Below are positions 59,649-64,000 of a stretch of DNA of 64,000 bases, one piece after another (position 1 is the first letter of the stretch; each line of letters starts with the position of its first letter). The notes under the pieces were generated by a model. The model ran no database searches and was not told where the DNA came from. It was given only the letters and a program-made list of their open reading frames with translations. The position numbers were made by a program, and so were the translations under genes. Origin of the DNA: an uncultured bacterium (lineage in GTDB: Bacteria; JAJVIF01; JAPKYR01); NCBI GenBank assembly GCA_965369865.1, contig CBDURU010000002.1, forward strand, positions 32,001-96,000, read 5' to 3'.

Positions 59649-60164
59649 ATGCAGCGTTACCAGATAGTTGTTAATGGGAACACGTACACCGTCACGGTAA
59701 AAAGCCTTGTCGGGAATAACGCGACCGTGGATGTGGACGGCTGGGAATTCCAGGTCAGGATTGTCAATGGTGATGGTGCGCTTGATTTTAAACCTGTGGT
59801 CGTAACCGCCGCCGGATCCGGTTCGGAAACCAGGTCGACTGCTGTCCCGGATCGGCAAAAAATCCAGCCTCCATCGGATACTGCCGGGAAACGCACCAGT
59901 GCGCTCGAACACCTCTCACCAAAGAAATCATCAGCACCCAAAACCACAAGATCGGGGGAAATCACCGCACACCTCCCAGGCCAGATTATAGAAATTACGG
60001 TTAAAGCTGGGGACTCGGTTTTGAGTGGCGACATTGTCTGCAAGATGGAAGCGATGAAAATGATGAACGATGTGCAGTCGCCTTTTACAGGTGTTGTGAA
60101 GGAAATTCTTGTCGAGGAAATGCAGAACGTCCTCGAAAACCAACCGTTGATGATAATCGAGTAA
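59649..60164 (+). CDS. Biotin carboxyl carrier protein
   Basis: YQIVVNG..Y.V.V N-terminus, linker, EAMKMM. Confidence 0.92.
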   Translation: MQRYQIVVNGNTYTVTVKSLVGNNATVDVDGWEFQVRIVNGDGALDFKPVVVTAAGSGSETRSTAVPDRQKIQPPSDTAGKRTSALEHLSPKKSSAPKTTRSGEITAHLPGQIIEITVKAGDSVLSGDIVCKMEAMKMMNDVQSPFTGVVKEILVEEMQNVLENQPLMIIE

Positions 60165-60309
60165 AGGCGGTCAGGGGCGATAGGAAGGGTTGGTAGGGGT
60201 GATATTCTTGCTGAGAAACAGACATGCGGGTATGATGATATTCGCAACTGAGACGCCAGGCTAAGCGACTTGGGGGAATCGTGACCCTTTTCTTATCAGT
60301 AATGTAAAA

Positions 60310-61212
60310 ATGGATATGACAAAGGATATGTACTTGGAAGTCACTGGTATTTTTTTCGACAAGCTGGTCGAACTCAAGGAACGAGCAGAAGTAACATCTG
60401 TTTTAGAAGCTCGGCAAGAGTTTTTCAAGAAAATGGATGACGAATACGACGGGAGCATACCCAACGCGCCAGAATTGAATTCATTGATATGGCTGGAAGA
60501 TGTTATTAGCATTTTCTTTGAATGTCGCTTTGCGGTTGCCTGGATATCTGCTTTGCGTAAATATAAAGGTGAAGTTACACTTTGGGAAGAAATAGATGAC
60601 TTTCACTTGAATTACTACTTCGGCGATGTTGCGACACGGCTTTTATCTTCAAGAGATAAGTTATATATTGCACTGCTGAGTTATTTCTTGCCAATTGATC
60701 CTAGAGATATGTTGCCAGATTATAAAGAGAAAAATGTACGAGCAAGAATTCTAGAAGTCAAGGCAATTGCTCACCACTCCGAGCGAACTGAGTCAGCAGT
60801 ATTAACTGAGCGTATTCTACTTGCCCTGTTTAATGAAAGTTGGAAAAAAATAAAAGATTATAGAAACAAGAAAGTACATCGTAGGGAACCGCGAGTTTAT
60901 TTGAAAAAGATCGAGCCTTTGAAATTGAGGTACATGATTCCTGTTTTGCGTGAAAAGGATATTGAAGAGGCAGAAAAGCATTTCAGATTCAGGCTTGATG
61001 AGAAAGCGAAAGCGGATTTGGGCGTTGACTTCTTGCCACTGGGTTCACCTGAAATTGATGGTGTTACTTATCTTATGAAATCCACAGAAAGCATCTGGGA
61101 TTTCGACGAACTTTTTCAGCATGTTGAAGAGTGCTATGGGAACCTATCAAGCGGCATAGCCGAGTGGCTCATGCATTTAACTGAACAGTTCCCTTTTGGA
61201 CGCGAGTTTTAA
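60310..61212 (+). CDS. Stand-alone HEPN-domain protein (Cthe_2314-like)
   Basis: YYFGDVATRLLSSRDKL, IKDYRNKKVHR (Rx4H); AT-rich. Confidence 0.7.
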   Translation: MDMTKDMYLEVTGIFFDKLVELKERAEVTSVLEARQEFFKKMDDEYDGSIPNAPELNSLIWLEDVISIFFECRFAVAWISALRKYKGEVTLWEEIDDFHLNYYFGDVATRLLSSRDKLYIALLSYFLPIDPRDMLPDYKEKNVRARILEVKAIAHHSERTESAVLTERILLALFNESWKKIKDYRNKKVHRREPRVYLKKIEPLKLRYMIPVLREKDIEEAEKHFRFRLDEKAKADLGVDFLPLGSPEIDGVTYLMKSTESIWDFDELFQHVEECYGNLSSGIAEWLMHLTEQFPFGREF

Positions 61213-61233
61213 GCGACAGACATAAGAGCGATT

Positions 61234-62257
61234 AATGGCGATAAATTTGTACGGCTGGAAGCCAAACGGCGCTTGTCACCGGCACCCGGCTGAGAAAGCC
61301 AGATTAAAGGCTAGGTAGACGAAATGGATAAAAACACCTTTGTATTATCTATTGTTTTAATCGGAGCCTTTCTGAGTGGTTGCACACCGCAATATGTTTA
61401 TAGGGAGCCTAATGACGCAGAGGTTAACAGCTTCGTTCCTTATGGCTACCAATTAGTATCGCGAAATGATAATTCGCCTGCTCAAATAGTCAAAGCCAAT
61501 CTCGACGCTGATCCTGCTCAGGAGATTCTGCTGCCGATGTACGGTTTGGATTGGGAGTCTCCTGTTAAAATTCTTACCATTAAGTTTGATGCCAAAACTA
61601 ATGAATGGAACCTACTGGAAACCCTAGAGTATGGGGGCTTTGCCTATATTGGTGTCATCGGTTCTCCAACTGACCTTGACGCTGACGGCATCAACGAAGT
61701 CCATCTGGTGCTTACCCCATTTGATCCAACAGGATTTACAAATGGCCATTCAATACTGGTTCTTACAAACAGATTCTTACAAACAGAAATGGCGAAATGG
61801 TTGATCTGATGCCCCAGAATTCTCACTTTGACTTTAGCCAAGAGGACAGCGGCAGGAGTTATAAAACAGCGTCCTTTATATGGCACATCAACGAAGGTCG
61901 TTTTGACTGCCATTACTTTACTATACAAACCTACACTTTCTCCTTAACTGACTATCAATTGGTCTCAACCTATACAACTCAGAATAAGTACAACATAGAC
62001 CCGCAGTGGACTGGAGCGGATTGTTCAGTATGGAATATTCATCAGGCGATGCCCTGAGCTCTGATCAAAGGTTCTAAGAGCCGGGTGCAGGATGCTGGGG
62101 TGGCCTAGTCTGGGTTCTAGTTGATGATGACGAGGATATCATCATGCCGGGCAACAGGATGTCTCCCTACCGCAGGGATTGATGAAGTCACCATAAGATG
62201 AACGGGTGCCGGTGACAAGCGCAGGTTGGCTTCCAGCAGAACAAGCTTGCCGCCGTT
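61234..62257. mobile_element. Segment bracketed by 55-bp imperfect inverted repeats
   Basis: 61234-61288 vs reverse complement of 62203-62257: 46/55, innermost 20 bp identical. Confidence 0.6.
61324..62057 (+). pseudogene. Lipoprotein gene frameshifted by a 14-bp tandem duplication
   Basis: LSGC lipobox, D.DADG..E motifs; ttcttacaaacaga duplicated at 61760-61787; removing one copy fuses the two ORFs into 239 aa. Confidence 0.85.
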
Positions 62258-62404
62258 TCAACTTGACAGGACCATTAACCAAATCTTCCCTCACAGGATA
62301 GTCATGAATATATACTGCTTGTTCACCTTATTTAGTGTAAAATTGACGTTACCGATTATACCGATCAGATGTGCAACAAACTTCGGATTATAAGGAGATG
62401 GATC

Positions 62405-64000
62405 ATGTTCAGAAATCACACAGTATTTGTTGCCGCTATCCTGCTACTGGCTGTGTTAATTTGCGGATGCGGTAAGGACCCGACTTTACCGCCTGCGGGA
62501 CCGGACCAGACATCCAAGGCTCAGGACACGCCAGCAGATGGGCAAAACCATACGCTGCTTGGCTTGTACAACATAGCAATCGATACGGGAACCTGGGAGA
62601 TGGATGTCGTTCCGGTAAGGACAACCGACATCCATTTGAACCTGACCGGTGTGATGAACAACACGGCGGGATTATCGATTGCTCTTGTGCTGCCTGAATG
62701 CGACTTTCCAACCGGCTTGATTGTATTCGACATGACCCTTACTCACCCGATTGCCGATGCGCTCCAGTTCACTGCATTCGATATGAGGGGAATCATGATG
62801 ACTCCCGGCTCACTGGTGGTTGACGATGTAACATTTGCTGACTTCAATGAAACCCGGGTTGAAAATGCCGATGGTTACTCACGCTGGTGGAATCCCACTG
62901 AGTTTACTACCCAGGGGATTTTTGGTTATACGATAGGAAGCATCGCGTATGGCCCGACCAGTGGGCTTACAGCCACTGTAAATCCATACAAGCTGTTTGC
63001 AGATATCCTCTATCCCAACAGCAACCTGGGTCTTGTGGGAGCCGAGCCTCTCGACAGCCCGCAGGGACGTGCGGTTTTCTCATCGGGTGAAGTTAATACC
63101 CGACGATATTCGATGAGATTCGAAATGAATCCGGGTATCAATCTCCTTTATGGGTACGCAATAGACTGCTGCTGGGACATCCCGAATCCCAATCCTCCCT
63201 CAAATGTGCCGGCAGAATTCCCGTTTACCGCTAATAGCAATGAAGCTTTCAGGATCGCGTTTGCGAAAACGGTCAGCTCTCTTTATTTCGATTCTGAATC
63301 GGGTCTGAGTGGTGGGGTTCTTCGATTTAACATTAATGTGCATGACTGGCAGGGTCTTGATACCGGGCTGATTCAAAATGAGATAGCGAGTATTAGTTTG
63401 AAATCACCCGACCTTCTCACCTCTGACTATTCACCGGTTTTTGTTGAAGAAGATGGTTACAGGGCAATTTATACCGCTAACCTGACTGGGCTGGCGATCC
63501 CATCGAGAGCCGGACTCAACCAGATTATCTGCGAAGTGGTTTCATCGGATGGAACCACATACAAGCAGGCTGTTCCACCGGCGCCGGAAGTCCCGGTTTC
63601 CGCCTACAATGTGTTAGCACTGGATGTGATCGACCCGGAATGTACTGCCGATACCAATAACGACTGGACTGAAGCCTCTCCAATCTCACCCGGGGAACCG
63701 ATAATCGACCAGTTATGTATGACTACCGATTATAAGGACTTCTATCAATTTACAATCGATCCGGGATATGAAATTACGGGCGATCTAAGGTTATTCATTG
63801 ATGCTGAACCGACCAACCTTGGAATCTTCATCGACGATCAGACGATGGTCGCGGAAGACAATGTGAGTTTTGGCGGGGCAACGATAAACCTTGACGATCT
63901 CGATCTCCTTCCAGGGAGTTACTATGTCAGGGTATGGACATCCAATGTTTCCGAGATTGCCCCATATTTACTGGAGATAGCAGGGGAAATTGTAAATGTG
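62405..64000 (+). CDS. Large lipoprotein, partial (runs off right edge)
   Basis: AAGGAG RBS; MFRNHTVFVAAILLLAVLICGC; ENADGYSRWWNPTEF; PPC-like 'DFYQF...PGSYYVRV' near the edge. Hand-read segments are in one frame. Confidence 0.8.
   Translation, partial: MFRNHTVFVAAILLLAVLICGCGKDPTLPPAGPDQTSKAQDTPADGQNHTLLGLYNIAIDTGTWEMDVVPVRTTDIHLNLTGVMNNTAGLSIALVLPECDFPTGLIVFDMTLTHPIADALQFTAFDMRGIMMTPGSLVVDDVTFADFNETRVENADGYSRWWNPTEFTTQGIFGYTIGSIAYGPTSGLTATVNPYKLFADILYPNSNLGLVGAEPLDSPQGRAVFSSGEVNTRRYSMRFEMNPGINLLYGYAIDCCWDIPNPNPPSNVPAEFPFTANSNEAFRIAFAKTVSSLYFDSESGLSGGVLRFNINVHDWQGLDTGLIQNEIASISLKSPDLLTSDYSPVFVEEDGYRAIYTANLTGLAIPSRAGLNQIICEVVSSDGTTYKQAVPPAPEVPVSAYNVLALDVIDPECTADTNNDWTEASPISPGEPIIDQLCMTTDYKDFYQFTIDPGYEITGDLRLFIDAEPTNLGIFIDDQTMVAEDNVSFGGATINLDDLDLLPGSYYVRVWTSNVSEIAPYLLEIAGEIVNV

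Noticed and set aside
2407..59912. Long antisense and overlapping ORFs (e.g. 2407-3216, 12730-13350, 40418-41254, 59271-59912)
   Set aside because: Shadows of well-supported genes with no recognisable motifs.
60165..62400. Integron cassette array
   Set aside because: No convincing attC RYYYAAC...GTTRRRY pairs and no integrase.

Overview
Bacterial chromosomal window of roughly 50% GC with no rRNA, tRNA, CRISPR array, integrase or transposase that I could support. The backbone is housekeeping: asnS, smpB, a glcD-like oxidase, family-4 UDG, flhB, a PilB/GspE ATPase, rplY-pth-mfd, ppdK, purN, a leuC-like subunit, yjbQ, lepB and an acyl-CoA carboxyltransferase/BCCP cluster. It is interspersed with many orphan secreted proteins and lipoproteins. 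Two defence-like patches are present. At 6.2-11.5 kb an AT-rich OLD-type ATPase-TOPRIM gene sits where a HEPN toxin gene has been cut to 20 codons, and an intact HTH-MNT/HEPN pair lies on the other side of asnS. At 60.3-62.3 kb a solo HEPN protein is followed by an inverted-repeat-bracketed lipoprotein gene broken by a 14-bp duplication. Many intergenic spaces hold several unrelated REP/REPIN/MITE-like palindromic families, often with short tandem duplications at their ends, and one abuts the pth start codon. Other oddities are two paralogues with apparent tandem pseudopilin-like modules, a LolA-like/FliL-like fusion after moxR-DUF58, and probable leaderless transcripts. All protein calls come from motif recognition by eye, with no database searches.
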